Positions 25,251-38,909 of a stretch of DNA of 64,000 bases are shown here, piece after piece; position 1 is the first letter of the stretch; each line of letters opens with the position of its first letter. The notes under the pieces are model-generated. The model was not told where the DNA came from, ran no database searches, and was given only the letters and a program-made list of their open reading frames with translations. A program made the translations under genes and the position numbers. The DNA is from Chiloscyllium plagiosum (lineage: Eukaryota), in assembly GCF_004010195.1 (NCBI RefSeq), contig NC_057718.1:103306754-103370753 (forward strand), given 5' to 3'.

Positions 25251-25354
25251 TTGCAAGCCCTATATCTGGAACTCACTGCCTGTAAGGATGGGAGAGGCAA
25301 AAAGGCAGGCAAGGGCTTAGCGGGGAAAGGTTGATGAATGAAACTGCATCCACT

Positions 25355-28135
25355 TCAATGCAGGTAGACCTGACAGGAAAGGCAGATGAACTCAGGGCAT
25401 GGTTGGGAACACGGGACTGGGATATCATAGCTATTACAAAAATGTAGCTCAGGGATGTACATGACTGGCAGCTTAATGCTATGGGATATAGATACTATAG
25501 GATGGCTAGAAAGGGAGGCAAGAGAGGAGCGGAATGGCATTTTTGGTTAGGGAGAATATTACAGTTGTATTCAGGGAGGATATTCCTGGGAGATTGTTCA
25601 GTGAAGTTATAGGAGTAGAACTTAAAAATAAGAAAGGGATGATCACCTTGTTGGGATTGTATTATAGACCCCCCCCCCAATAGTCAGTGGAAAATTGAGA
25701 AACAAATAAGTTAGGAAACTTCAGGCATCTGTAAGAAAAAATAAGGTTGTAATAGTTGGGGATTTAACTTTCCAAATATAGACTGCAATTGTCATACTGC
25801 TAAAGACTTGGATGGAGAGGAATTTGTTAAGAGTGTACAAGAAAACTTTCTTATTCAATATGTGGATGTGCCTATTAGAGAAGGAAAAATATTTGATCTT
25901 CTGTTGGGAAATAAGGCAAGGCAAGTGACTGAGGTGTCAGTGGGGGAGCACTTTGGGGCCAGTGATTATAATTCTATCAGTTTTAAAATTGTTCTAGAAA
26001 GGGATAGAACTGATCAAAAAGTTAAAGTTCATACTTGCAGTATCAAACAGGAATTTTCAAATGTTGATTGGGTGTGATAATTCGCAGCTAAAGGGATGGT
26101 TGGGAAGTCAGAGGCCTTTAAGAATGAGATAACGAGAGTTCAGAGATGGTATGTTCCTGTTAGTGTGAAGGGCAAGGCTGGTAGGTGTAGAGAATACTGG
26201 AAGAATTCTGGTTAAGAAAATGAAGGAAGCATATGTCTGGTATAAACAGCAGGGATCGAGTGAATCCCAAAAAGAATATAACGGCAGTAAGAGTACACTT
26301 AAGAAAGAAATCAGGACAATAAAAATTAGATAGCTTTGGCAAATAGAGTTAAGGAGAATTCAAAGAGATTCTATAAGTACATTAAGGGAAAAGGGATCAC
26401 TAGGGAGAGAATAGGACCCCTTGAAGATCAACATGGCCATCTATGTGTGGGACCACAGGATACTAAGTGAATATTTTGCATCAGTATTTACTGTGGAGAA
26501 GGACATGGAAGCTAGGGAATTTGGGAAAATAAATAGTGATATCTCAAAAAATGTCTCTATTACAGAAAAGAAGGTGCTGGAGGATTTAAAACACATAAAG
26601 GTAGATAAATCCCTGAGACCTGATCAGATGTTTCCTAAAACTTTGTTCTAGGGAAGAGATTGCTGGGCCCCTTGCTGTGATATTTGTATCATCAATAGCC
26701 AAAGGTGAGGTTCCGGAAGACTGGGGGTTGGCTAACGTGGTATTGTTGTTTAAGAAAGGCTGTCGGAAAAAGCCAGGGAACTATAGACCAGTGAGCCTTA
26801 CACCAGTGGTGGGTAAGTTGTTGGAGGGGATTCTGAGGGATGGTATTTACATGTATTTGGAAAGGCAAGGACTGATTAGGGACAGTCAGCATGGCTTTGT
26901 CTGTAGGATATTATGTCTCACAAACTTGACTGAGTTTTTTGACTAAGTGACAAAGAAGATTGATAAAGGTAGAGCATTGGAGAGTGTCTATATGGGCTTC
27001 ATCAAAGTATTCAACAAGGTTCCACATAGTAGACTGGTCAGTAAGGTTAGATCACATGGGATACAGAGAATGTTAGCCAAATGGATACAAAATTGACTTG
27101 AAAGTAGGAGACAGAGGGTGGTGGTGGAGGGTTGTTTTTGAACTGGAGGCTTGTGACCAGCAGTGTGCTACAAGGATCAGTGTTGGGTCCACTGCTTTTC
27201 ATCATTTATATTAATGTGAACATAGGAAGTATGGTTAGTAAGTTTGCAGATGATGTCAAAATAAATGGTGTGGTGGAGAGATTATTTCAGAGTAGAATGG
27301 GACCTTGATGGGATGGGCTAATGGGCCAAGAAGTGGCAGATGGATTTTAATGTAGATAGATGTGAGGTGTTGCGTTTTGGTAAGGCAAACCAGAGCAGAC
27401 TTGTACACTTAATGGTAAGCCCCTGGTGGGTGTTGCTGAACAAAAAGACCTAGGAGTGCAGGTGGTTACTTCCTTGAAAGTGGAGTCCCAGACAGACAGG
27501 GTGGTGAAGAAGGCGGTTGGCATGCTTGCCTTCATTGGTCATAACACTGAGTACAGGATTGGGATGTCATGTTGCAGTTGTACAGGACATTGGTGAGGCT
27601 ACACTTGGAAGATTGTGCACAATTTTGGTCACCCTTCTAATAGGAAGGATGTTGTTAAACTTGAGAAGGTGCAGAAAAGATTTACAAGTATGTTGCTGGG
27701 ACTGGAGGGCTTCAGCTATAGGGAGAGATTAAACATTTTTCCCTGGAGTGAGGTGTGACCTTCTAGAGGTTGATAAAATCATGAAGGTGCATGGATAGGA
27801 TAAATAGCCAGGGACATTTTCCTAGGGTGGGGGAGTCCAAAATGAGAGACCATAGGCTTAATGTGAAAAGGGTAAGATTTAAGAAGGACCTGAGGGGTAA
27901 TGTTTTCCTACAGAGAGTGATGCGTGTATGGAATAAGCTGCCAGAGGAAGTGGTGGAGACTGGTACAATTACAATATTTAAAAGGCTTCTGGGTGGATAT
28001 ATGAATAGGAAGGGTTTTGAGGGACATGGGCCAAGTGCTGGCAAATGGGATTGGGTTGGATTGGGATGTCTGGTCAGCGTGGATGAGTTGGACCAAATGA
28101 TTTGTTTCCATGCCGTATGACTTTATGACTCTATA
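25355..28135 (+). mobile_element. Long decayed CR1/HER1-like LINE (APE endonuclease plus RT, many stops and frameshifts)
   Basis: VIVGD-type EN motif near 25745, FLIQYVDVPIREGKIFDLLL, PEDW..ANVV.LFKKG...PGNYRPVSLT..VGKLLE, SQHGF, QGSVLGP, FADD (27243-27255), FLQRVMRVWNKLPEEVV, 3' tatgac repeats. Confidence 0.95.
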
Positions 28136-28379
28136 ACCCTCAAAGCATTTAAGAAGTATTAAATGAGCACTTGAAAAGCCAGAGCATTCAAGGCTATGGA
28201 CTGGGTGCTGGAAAATGGGATCAGACTGAATGGAATGTTTGATGATTAGCACAGACACAACAGGACGACGGATTTCTTTCTGTGCTGTAAAACTATAAGT
28301 GAGAATCATATGTCTGGACCAGCCACATTACCAAAGATCTTCCCAAATGACACAGTAAAACACTTCACACATTTTCCTT

Positions 28380-28650
28380 CTCTGGTGGAGGTGTTGGATC
28401 TATATTTGACAAAGATAAGGAGAATTCTTGAGGTATCCTCCCCAATACTTTACTCTCAGTCAACAGTGCCAAAGGTAGACTGTTGGCCACCAATTCTTTG
28501 TTCTTTTGTGGGATCTTGCTGTTCACAAATTGAGTGCTTAGTTCCTTTTTGATGCTACAGTTTCCTCATTTCAAAAAGCCCTTAATTACCTGTGAAGCAA
28601 TCTGAAGCATCTTTAGGACAGGAAAGGTGCAATACAAATGTATATTTTTA
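28380..28650 (+). mobile_element. DeuSINE-like element with L2-type tail
   Basis: tgtgggatcttgctgttcacaaattg...tgtgaagcaatctg...gaaaggtgcaatacaaatg. Confidence 0.55.
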
Positions 28651-30529
28651 TTTTGAGTTGTCAGTTGTTCCTCAGAACTCCCATCTCCCCTGATCAGAGA
28701 GATGTGAAGGGAGGGAAAGGTTACAGGAGCTGGAAATAATGTATTGTGGCCCAGGGTTGAGCAGAGAGGGAGAGAGTTGTAAAGGGGGAGCCTTGTTTTT
28801 GCTGCTTCAGTGAGATTATTTGAAGCTGTTGATTTCACAGCATCGCTGTGTTATCCTGGGGTTCAGTGGAGGTTGGTGGGGTACACTGATACTGGTAATC
28901 ACAGGAGTTACAGTTCACCTTTCCCACTGAGCTGAATAAAGACAAGCTGAACCCAAATAAGTTTATAGCACAATTGTTTAAACTCAAGTTATCCAAACAG
29001 TTCCAAAAGTGGCGCTTTGAAATAATTTTGACCTGGAGGTCCCAAGCGAAATGAGGGGAGATAAAAAAAATGATCACTCCAATTGAGAAATGAAACAAGA
29101 TCCAGAAAAATCAATACAGAAATTGTAAAAAGAACAGCATTGCACAGACAGAAGCAACCAAGCAGAGCTCAATACCTCAAACACTCTTAAAACAAAATAT
29201 CTATGACAGGAAATGTTTAAAGAGGGAGCACAATTATGGTAAATGGTGAAGAGTAAAAGCAAATGAGATCTCTCTTCCACATTTAAGCCACCATTAGATA
29301 CAAAGTGTTGAATTAAATTCATTAATTTCTCTTGTTGTATTTTGGTTTCTCATCAATAACATGAATTGTCAGAATTGAGAATAAAAGATAGGCATGTTTG
29401 AAATGAAATACTACATTGGGACACTTTCTGATATGCCCTGCTGGTATTGTTGCAGAATTCACACAAGAAGACACAGAATAAATTAATATAATTATTCAAA
29501 ATGTAGAACGAGAAAGATATAGATAAATTACAAACCTTACAACCTATTTCTTACTGACAGAGTATTGCAATGACAGCAAAAGTGTAGGCATGTTCATTAG
29601 CCTCATCCCTTTAGCTTGAGTGTCAGATTATGTTTTCTGTATTTCAACTGAAAGAATTCTATCCTCACAACTGCAGCTTGGAAAAATAACATTGTAAGCA
29701 TGAAGCAGTCTCACCTTGTCAGCCAGTAATCCCTATAGCTGTCTTTTCACCTTCACACTTTCAACCACTTCTCATTAAGCACAAAGTGAGATGTTCTTGG
29801 GTGTTGTTAGTCTCCGTGAACAGAGCCACACTACTTCCCCTCTCAGGTTTCAGCTTAATGATCGTATTTAGACACAGTGTTTATTTGTCTGAGGATTCAT
29901 TCTGCCTCAGAGTTAGCACAACTCAGCCATCCCTTGCAGAAATAAGCTGTTTGCTTCCCTTCACACGCTCTTTGAAAAAAAACCCTTCTTGTTGGGATTG
30001 ACCTGTCTGTTGTTACATTTGCAGTTGTTCAGTTCCGCACAAGATACAGATGTCGTTAAAAGGAAGAAAAGCAGTTTTCTCAGTGATATTACAAGCTCCT
30101 AACACTTGCTTGTGTTACCACTTTCCAAACAAACTTCATAATAATTATTGTCAAGCAAGGGAACACATTTCATTATTTTACACATTGGATTTATAGATTA
30201 AAACATCACTGAAACAAACATTTGTTCTATGCCTATACTATGTGGAGTTCTTGTGGGCAGGTATTGATGAATAGTTTGAGGGATAACCTTACAGGACTGA
30301 AATATAATTGTGCAGACCACATGACACCATAAACTGAGATCAAAGCTTTCGGAGTTTGTGATTATCTGTATGAAACTCAATATTGTTCCTCTGTCTATAA
30401 CTCAAGCCAATAGACTTATTTTAGTTCCTGTGAGGGTCATAACACTGCGACCCATGCTGTTTCCTCAGTCAATATGTGTTCTCCTGACTTACTTTGGGGA
30501 GCAGGAGAGCACAGCAGCATTATTTGTTT

Positions 30530-30825
30530 TTAAATCATTCAAGGGCATTGCTGGTGGGGGTAGCATTATTGCCCATCCCGAGTTGCCCTTGAGTGTGATG
30601 GTGAGTTGCCTTCTTGAACTGATGTTGTCCATGGAGTGTGGGGATACCCACAATGCCACTAAAGAGGTCATTTCAGGATCTTGAACCAGCGACAGTGAAG
30701 GAACGGTGATATATTTCCATGTCAGGGTGGTGAGTGGCTAGGAATGGAAATTGCAGGGGGTGGTATTCCCATGTAACTGTCCTTCTGGATGGTAGAAGAT
30801 ACAGGTTTGAAAGGTGTATTCTAAA
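30530..30825 (-). mobile_element. L2-group LINE 3' end
   Basis: Same family as 16830-17025. Confidence 0.7.
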
Positions 30826-30985
30826 ATAATAAATCATGTAAACATCCATGCTACGTTATTGAAACATGATAAATCCATGAGGAAGAAAAGTCAAGAGGGT
30901 TATGCTATTGGAATTGGAAGAAAATGGGTTTGAAGGAGGTTCCTGTTGTGTTATATCTCACAGTCAGTATACCTTTAAGTAATAT

Positions 30986-31076
30986 AAAGTTAAAAATCAC
31001 ACAACACCAGGTTATAGTCCAACAGGTTTAAATGGAAGCACACTAGCTTTCGGAGCGACGCTCCTTCATCAGGTGG
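30986..31076 (-). mobile_element. About 90-bp PLE family B insertion
   Basis: TSD ttaagt(a/g)atat (30975 / 31077). Confidence 0.85.
31040..31076 (-). ncRNA. Minimal hammerhead ribozyme, intact core (family B)
   Basis: Reverse complement cac-CTGATGA-a-ggagc/gtc/gctcc-GAAAG-CTA-gtg; stem I cac/gtg, palindromic AGCT stem III. Confidence 0.75.
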
Positions 31077-32952
31077 TTAAGTGATATGTTCATGATGTCA
31101 TCACTGTATAATAGCACATGACCGGAGAGTATAAAGGTCTCATCTCCTTCTTACCTTGGATCACTTGAAGCATGATACCTTACGGAAAGCATGGTGCTCT
31201 GTTGAAACTTAATGGCTTTGTATTAGCCCAGACACTAATGTGCAAAAGGAATGTAAAGACATACATCATTGTTAGTTGTAATAAACATGTGTTGGATTCT
31301 GCAATATCACGATATCCACATCCAGTTTCTTAAGCTATGGGAGGTAATATCATGCTGTTCGAAACAAACTCACACTAGCTCATGTGAGGCATATGCATTG
31401 TAAAGATTGTTGGATAGATAGGTTGAATGACCTATTAGCCAGCTGTACATTCAATCCAATTCTAGAAGAGATTAATATTTTAAAAAGGAAGAATTTTCAG
31501 GACTACAGGAGAACAGCAGGGGAGTGGGACAAATTGGATAGCTCTTAATGAGCTTCACTGGCCTCATTCTGTCCATGATAATACTAAGACATTGGATATT
31601 GAGTATTGGCATATACAAATATGCTTCATTAATGGGTGCCAGGGTCACCTGAAGCTGCATTCTAATCCCAGCTAGATGTCACAATTCATCACATTCTAAA
31701 CTCCGAAACTCTGGTAGAGGAACCAGGGGAGATGGAAAGAATGGCAGCATGGAAATGTGAAACATGGACACGAGGAAATTATCTAGCTGGTTCATCCCAG
31801 CTCCACAACTAATGACCAGGTTGTCATGGTTAACCACTTTTTCCATCCCAGAGATCACATGGATCTAGTATTATTCTGAAAGACAACAAATTAGTTTTTT
31901 GCTCATTTTGGGCTACTTTCCAGGCCAATGATGTGCCTCGATGGCTCATCCATCAAAGGTTGGGGGTAACTTGAACCTGACACATCTACTGGGAAACGAG
32001 TAGAATCAGCCAGCCCATTTGATTTAACTGTCCATTAGACTCAGTGTTCCTCACCATTCCTGACACAACTCAGACACTGTGTTTGGTGAGATTCATGAAT
32101 AAGAAATGAATTGTTGGGCACTCTGCACTTCATTTTTTTAACAATCCCCTTTCAACAATTCTGAGCTGAGCATGTCAAGTTACAAACCTTGTTTAACTGA
32201 TTAATATACCTCACATGTGAATACATCATGCATATTGTCAATATTATGTAAATATTATTTTTACAACTTTCAAAATTCATTGGCAATTTTTGAGATTGGA
32301 TTTTAAACTCTAACTGTAAATAACTTTCGTTAATGATTTGAAGCAGGAAGAAATTGAACAATTTGCAAAAGCTTAATCAACAGCAGAGATCCGGGTGGGA
32401 GTGGTATTAATTGATTCATAATTATATGAAGACACATTGGTGGCATCAGTGAAATTGTTGTTTTAATCAGGTATTGATCCTGGGCTGATGCAGTTTGTGA
32501 AAAGTGTCTGGGGCAAACATTACAGCTGATGCAAACAAGCTACCTGCTACCATCTTACTGCCTCTGCAACAAGTCCAAATAATGCAATAAGAAGGTTATA
32601 CATGCAATGGAGAAAGGGCATAGGAGGATTTACGAAGATGATATCAGAACTGAGAGTTAATAGCTACCACGGATCGATAAACAGGCTAGTCTTCCTCTAT
32701 TGAAAAGAAAACACTGTGAGGTAACCAAACAGAGGTCTAAAAAATGATGAAGGCTTGTGAGTGAATAGAAAAATGTTTCCACTTGAGGCTAGAACAAAAG
32801 TAGAAGCCATCGATGTAAGGCATTTATTAATAAATCCAACTGAGAACTCAGAAGAAACTTCTAGCAGAATGAGAGTGCGGAAATTCCTACCACAAGGATC
32901 AATTTAGGTATAAAGTATTGATGTATTTAAGGAAAGACAAGTTAAAAACATG

Positions 32953-33295
32953 GAGTGGCAGCACAGTGACTCAGTGGTTAGTGCTGCTGCCTCACAGCAC
33001 CAGGAGTTTGGGTTCAATTCCAGCCTCAGGCAACTGTCTGTATGGAGTTTGCACATTCTCCCCGTGCCTGCGTGGGTTTCCTCTGAGTGAATCATTTTTT
33101 TCCCACAGTCAAAAGATGTGCAGGTTAGATGGATTGACCATGCTAAATTGCTCATAGTGTCCAGAGATGTGAAAGGTGGGTTAATGATGGGAAATGCAAG
33201 ATTATAAGGATAGGGTAGGGGGTGGGTCAAGGGCTAATCTTTGGATGGTTGATAAACCAAATGACCTGCTTCTGCACTGTAGGGATTCTATGAAT
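32953..33295 (+). mobile_element. HE1-type V-SINE inserted in an old CR1 fragment (about 32600-33410)
   Basis: A and B boxes, V-domain; decayed CR1 sequence on both sides. Confidence 0.85.
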
Positions 33296-33789
33296 GGAGG
33301 GTTAACATGGTAGATTTGGATCAGAAAAAGCAGGAGGCTCCAATGGAGCGTAAAAACTGGCATGGATTAGTTGGGCCAAAGGGTCTGTTACTGTGCCATA
33401 TACCATTTCTAGTCCTAGGACCAAGTCTCTTGAGTAGCTGCTTGTGAGACCAATCTGAAGCTGGGAGGGTGCAATGTAAATATCCCAATTGAGAATAAGT
33501 GAAACAGAGTTGGCCCAGTTTGCTGTTTCTGTTTGAGAAGGAGCAGTGGCTCTTCCAGAGGGAAAACTGTGTACCAGGAGGAATCCTCTTCGATGCTTCA
33601 CTTTGGAGACTTTGGTTTCTAATGTCTTTTCAGTTTCCCTTCTCTCATCACACTCCCAACCACCATCAAACGGACCCCTCCCCATTCAACTTGCCCCTCT
33701 GTTACACTCAGCCTGAATTCTGGGCTTCAACCTGGAGGTCCTTTGAAAGTGCCAAAAGCCTGTGTAACAAAAAGTCATTCAATGTTGAT

Positions 33790-34720
33790 AAGAACATTAG
33801 GAGCAGTGTAGGCCATTCAGCCCTTCAAGCCTGCTCAATCAGTCAATAAAATCATTGACCTATCTGGTTGAGGCCTCAGCCCCACCTTCCCATCTGCCCT
33901 CCTCAAGTCCCTCCATCTATCAAAAAGCTTTCTCACTCAGTCTTGAATAACTTTAACGACCCAGCCTCCAATACCACCTGGGGAAAAGAATTCCACTACC
34001 CACACCCTCTCTGACAGAGGGAAAACACCTAATCTAATCGAGTTCCATTTGCCAGCACTTGGTCCATATCCTGCTAAGCCCTTCCTACTCATATAACCAT
34101 CCAGATGTCTCTTAAATGTTGTTATTGTACCAGCCACCACCACTTCCTCTGGCAGCTCATTCCATACATATACCACCCTCTGTGTGAAAAAGTTGCCTCT
34201 CAGGTCCCTTTTAAATTTTTCCCCTCTCACTCTAAAGCTATGCCCTCTAGTTGTGGACTCACCCACCCCAGGGAAAATACTTATTTATCCTATCCATGCC
34301 CTTCATAATTTTGTAAACCTCTATAAGGTCACCCCTCAGCCTCCGACGCTCCAGGGAAAACAGCCCTAGTCTGTTCAGCCTCTCCCGATAGCTCAAACCC
34401 TCCAACCCTGGCAACATCCTTGTAAATCTTTTCTGAACCCTTTCAAGCTTCACAACATCCTTCCTATAGGAATGAGGCCAAAATGACACACTAATATTCT
34501 AAATGTTGCCTAACCAATGTCCTGTAAGTCGCAACATGACCTCCCAATTCCTATACTCAATACTCTGACCAATAAAGGAAAGCATACCAAACACCTTCTT
34601 CACTATCCTATCTACCTGCGGCTCCACTTTCAAGGAGCTATGAACCTGCACTCCAAGGTCTCTTTGTGCAGCAACACTCCCTCGGACCTTACCATTAAGT
34701 GTATAAGTCCTGCTCTGATT
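33790..34720 (-). mobile_element. CR1-type LINE fragments (two stacked 3' ends)
   Basis: ORFs KDVVKLERVQKRFTRMLPGL...LERRRLRGDLIEVYKIMKG and FFTQRVVYVWNELPEEVV. Confidence 0.9.
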
Positions 34721-35370
34721 TCCAGTGACTCTTCTTCAGAACTTTTGTTTCTGATTTACAGCATTCACAGTTCTTTCAGTTTTTAATTGAGCATTTAGTT
34801 TTAATAGCTCATGTGTGATAATTATGATCCAGGACATATTTCAGGTGTCCTTGAGGTACCCAGTCCTGAAAAGTTGTGCATTTTTGTCCCAGTTTCAAAT
34901 TGAAGCTTTGCCTTTGTGCCCCAGTTTGCTGAGCGAGAATAACAAGGAAATTTGCTGAGGACATCGCATCTGGGACCTGGCCACATTCTTTGATGATTTT
35001 GAAAGACCCACAATTCACAGATTGCAGGCACATGTGAACTGGACAAAGTGAAGAGTCATTTGGACAGGACCTGATTAATTCAGGAAAACTAGCAAGGATT
35101 CATGAACAAATTGCACTTAACTGAAGTGATTGAGTTTTGTGATCAGGACACAGAGAGGGTTGTTGCAATGGGGTAGTGGGGGAGCGGTAATGCAGCTGAT
35201 TTGGTGTGAATGGACTTCCAAAAGGTGTTTGCTGAGCTGAATAACTTTAAAGACCCAGGTATTAGGCTCCAAAATGCAACCCAGAAAATAAAAGTGACAG
35301 TGTGAGTGTGAGGCTGAGTAATGGAGGAGACGTCGTGGTGTCGGGGTAATATCATTGGACAAGTAACCCG

Positions 35371-36045
35371 AAACCAAAAACAGAAATTGCTGGAAAAGCT
35401 CAGCAGGTCTGGCTACGTTTCATTTTCCCCTTGGGGACCCTGCAGGCTTCTTGACTCAATATTGAATTCAACAACTTTAGGGATTGAGCTCTCCCCAACC
35501 CCCTTACACCAGGCCTTGTTAGCACATGGTCTGCTATTACACACAACCCATTGTTCGTGTTGAAAGGTGTGGTGCTAGAAAAGCACAGCAGGTCAGGCAT
35601 CATCAGGAATGAAGGGCTTATGCCCGAAATGTCAACTCTCCTGCTCCTCGGATGCTGCCTGACCTGCTGTGCTTTTCCGGCTCCACACTCTTGACTCTGA
35701 TCTCCAGCATCTGCAGTCCTCACTTTCTCCCAATGCATTGTTAGTCTCTGTTAACAGCTCTTCACCCTCCTAGCCAGATCGTGATCCACTCCTTTATCTG
35801 TCCAACTGCTCTTCACTCTCTTTAAGCTCTATCCTTACCTATCTTCTAGTCCTTACCCCCTCCCACCCACCCTATCTTCTGCACATAAAGCAATATTTTC
35901 CTAATTACCTTCTGTAGTAAGTAAGGGTCAGTTGATCTGAAATATTAACTCTGATTTATATCCACAGATGCTGCCAGACCGGCTGAGCTTTCCCAGCAGT
36001 TTCTGTTTTTTGTTTCTGATTTACAACATCCACAGTTCTTTTGGT
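35371..36045 (+). mobile_element. PLE family C 3' end with short inverted arm; contains a nested family A fold-back (35560-35730)
   Basis: FIFPLGTLQAS*LNIEFNNFR (GIY-YIG tail) near 35418; decayed hammerhead near 35910-35950; cagatgctgccagacc terminus. Confidence 0.75.
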
Positions 36046-36149
36046 CTTTACTTAGTAATCGAGAACCGCAGGCTAATGTTCTCAGGATGTGGGTGTGAAT
36101 CCCACTGCTGCATTTGGTGAAATTGGATTTCAATAAAAAGTTAGTCAAA

Positions 36150-36421
36150 ATGATTAGATTACAGGCCCTTCGGCACAACAAGTCCACACTGACCCGCCGG
36201 AGCACAACCCACCCATACATTTACCCCTTCACCTAACACTACGGGCAATTTAGCATGGCCAATTCACCTGACCTGCACATCTTTGGACTGTGGGAGGAAA
36301 CCCACGCAGACATGGGGAAAATGTGCAAACTCCACACAGTCAGTCGCCTGAGGCGGGAATTGAACCCAGGTCTCTGGCGCTGTGAGGCAACAGTGCTAAC
36401 CACTGTGCCACCGTGCCACCC
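36150..36421 (-). mobile_element. HE1-type V-SINE nested in a family-2 SINE (35335-36565)
   Basis: Reverse complement of the 9197 element. Confidence 0.9.
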
Positions 36422-37734
36422 AATTAACAACTGTAGAGTGCTGTTAAAAACTCATCTGGCTCACTAATGTCTGCTGTCCTTACCCGTTGTAGTGTGTATG
36501 TGACTCCAGACCCACAGCAATGTGGTTGACTCTTAAGTGCCCTCTGGGCAATTAGGGATGGGTTGCAGGTGCTTTAGGCAGTGATAAATGAATTAACAGA
36601 ACAGAGAGGTGCAGTTTTTTTGTCAGATCAGAGAAAGGTAGACGTGGAAGAAGTGAAATCCTGGTGACTGAAACGTAAGGAAGCAAATCACAGCTTGCAG
36701 GTGACACAAAACTTGAAAGCATTGCGAATGATTTCAAAAGGAAATTGGATGGGGCACTTAAAGGAAGTAGACCACAAAGGGTCAGCATGGACTCAATGGG
36801 CTGAATAGCCTTCCTCAGAGACATAAGAGGCAGCTTGGACATTTTAACCAGTTAGGCTTCCTGCTGATGAGTTGCTGTGTTTGAGAGTCAATTCTGCCTG
36901 GCTGTGCATGCCTCACAATCTCAGCCTCACTTCTCATCATCTCTTTCATTCACTGGCACACTGCTGGACAGATAAAATATTGCTCCCTGCAGCTGTATCA
37001 ATGATACCCCAAGTCATTCGGTAGACATCGACACTTTATAAATTGTGCATCAGCCTATTGATTCTTGTACGCAGCTTTCTTCGTTATCAGCAACTGATTG
37101 TGTTTTCAAAAGCATACAAACGGGTCAGGCTGCTCATTTACAAGGGGCGAGAAAATGTCATTCTCTGCGCTCGAGAATATTTCACCTGACACTCTCCAAA
37201 TGGAATCAGAAACCATCAAATCCAGCGCCTCCAACGTGCTCAAGGTGCATGGCTGTACAAACCACCGGCAGGAGCTGGGTGGTGCCCAATAGCCTGGGAA
37301 TTCTCTGCGTAGCAAAAGAAAAGACTGCTGTTCAGGAATGGAAAACACTGGAACTGTATCCAAAAGGGCGAGGAGGGTGTAGTTTGATGGTGTAAATTGG
37401 ATCACTGAATCAGAGAATGGCTCTAGCACTGAAAGAGACCATTCGGCCCATCAGGTGGAATCTTCCCAGGCCCTGAATGGTGTGGGATACGGTGTGAAAT
37501 TTGTGAAAAATTGGGTGAGATATTGGGCGAGGTAGTTCGCAATACCAAGACCAAATAAAATCTCACTTTCCAACTAAGTTCAGGACGTCAAGGTGAAACT
37601 CTTGCAAGTGAGTGGCAGGAGGTCTATTATCAGGGATTCTCGCTCATTACTACCTTCATTAGTACCTAATCCCACTTCATCAATGCACGGGCTCCCATTC
37701 TCCAACCTGCACTGAATATAGACGCTGAGAATTC

Positions 37735-38045
37735 ATTGAATCGAAGAACCCCATTCAGCCCATTGAGTCCATACTAACCCTCTGAAGAGCATCCCACTCA
37801 GACCCACTCCCCAACCCTTTCCCTTTAACCCTGCGTTTCCCATGGCCAATCCACCAAAACTGAATATCTTTGGACATTTGCAGGGAAGAATGCGGAGCCA
37901 ACGTTTCGAGTTCAGTGACTCAGTTTCTGAAGAAGAGTGACTGGATTTGAAATGTTAACGCTGCTTTCTTCACCCACATGCTGCCAGACCTGTTGAGATT
38001 TTCCAGCAATTACTGTTTTTGTTTCAGATCTCCAGTTCTTTGTTT
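37735..38045. mobile_element. HE1 3' fragment (minus strand) followed by a PLE family C fold-back
   Basis: aacgtttcgagttcagtgactc / ttCTGAAGAagagtgactggattt-GAAAtgttaac. Confidence 0.65.
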
Positions 38046-38909
38046 AATTCTGGGATTTTATTGACAGCACTTACCAGTCAGGTCTGATATGAGACATTAC
38101 TTTAACATGTCAATGATAATAAGTTAAGCATTGCACAAATCATTGGTGTAAAATCTTAAAGTACTTACATGGACAGAGAAATCTGGAAACGTGTTTTCCC
38201 AAAAACAGTGAACTATTCCAACAGTAATTGACATACAGCCCAAGGAATGAATTTAAATGAATAAAGTTATTGGTGATCAAAACCTTCTGGTTGAAGAAAT
38301 GCCTCAGTGTTTAGTGATGATTATTTTTAGTTGCCTTTAAACCAACTCCTAGAAATACAAAGGCAGTCCCTACCCACTGTAAAGAGCTAATTGGATCATC
38401 AAAAATAACAACTGAACTGAGGACAGCAAAGAATTTTCTGGTTGTAGTAATGATTGAACATGTCTAAGCTCCAAAATAAACAACCACCATTAAGGTGAAA
38501 CTCTGGCCTAGAGCACTAGTTAAACTAAACAGAAGTATCTTGTAGCGGATACGAGAGTGGCGCTCAGTGACATTCCCATAATCCTCCATTCCTGACATGG
38601 AGGTCAGAACAGCAGCTTAGTGAGTGCAGCTCTCTGCTTGCTTGTCCAGACCTCTATCTCAGACACCCAGCAGCAACATCCCAACAGAAATTGGCTGGTC
38701 ATTCTCCACATCCACAGATATTGGCTTCCGACATTTGCTAGCTTCCCATCTACCTCAAATATCATTTTCCTGCACTTTGGAGCTCGGAGGAACCTCTCAT
38801 TGTGATGCTGCTGCAAGGGCACTGTGTATATTAAAGGGATATGCACTCAGCTCCCAGATTGGACCAGGCTGCATCTTGAGGCTCACTCTCTGAGTACATA
38901 TTCATTTAG

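Noticed and set aside
25355..28135. Active LINE or host gene
   Set aside because: Multiple stops, frameshifts and deletions; 5' end missing
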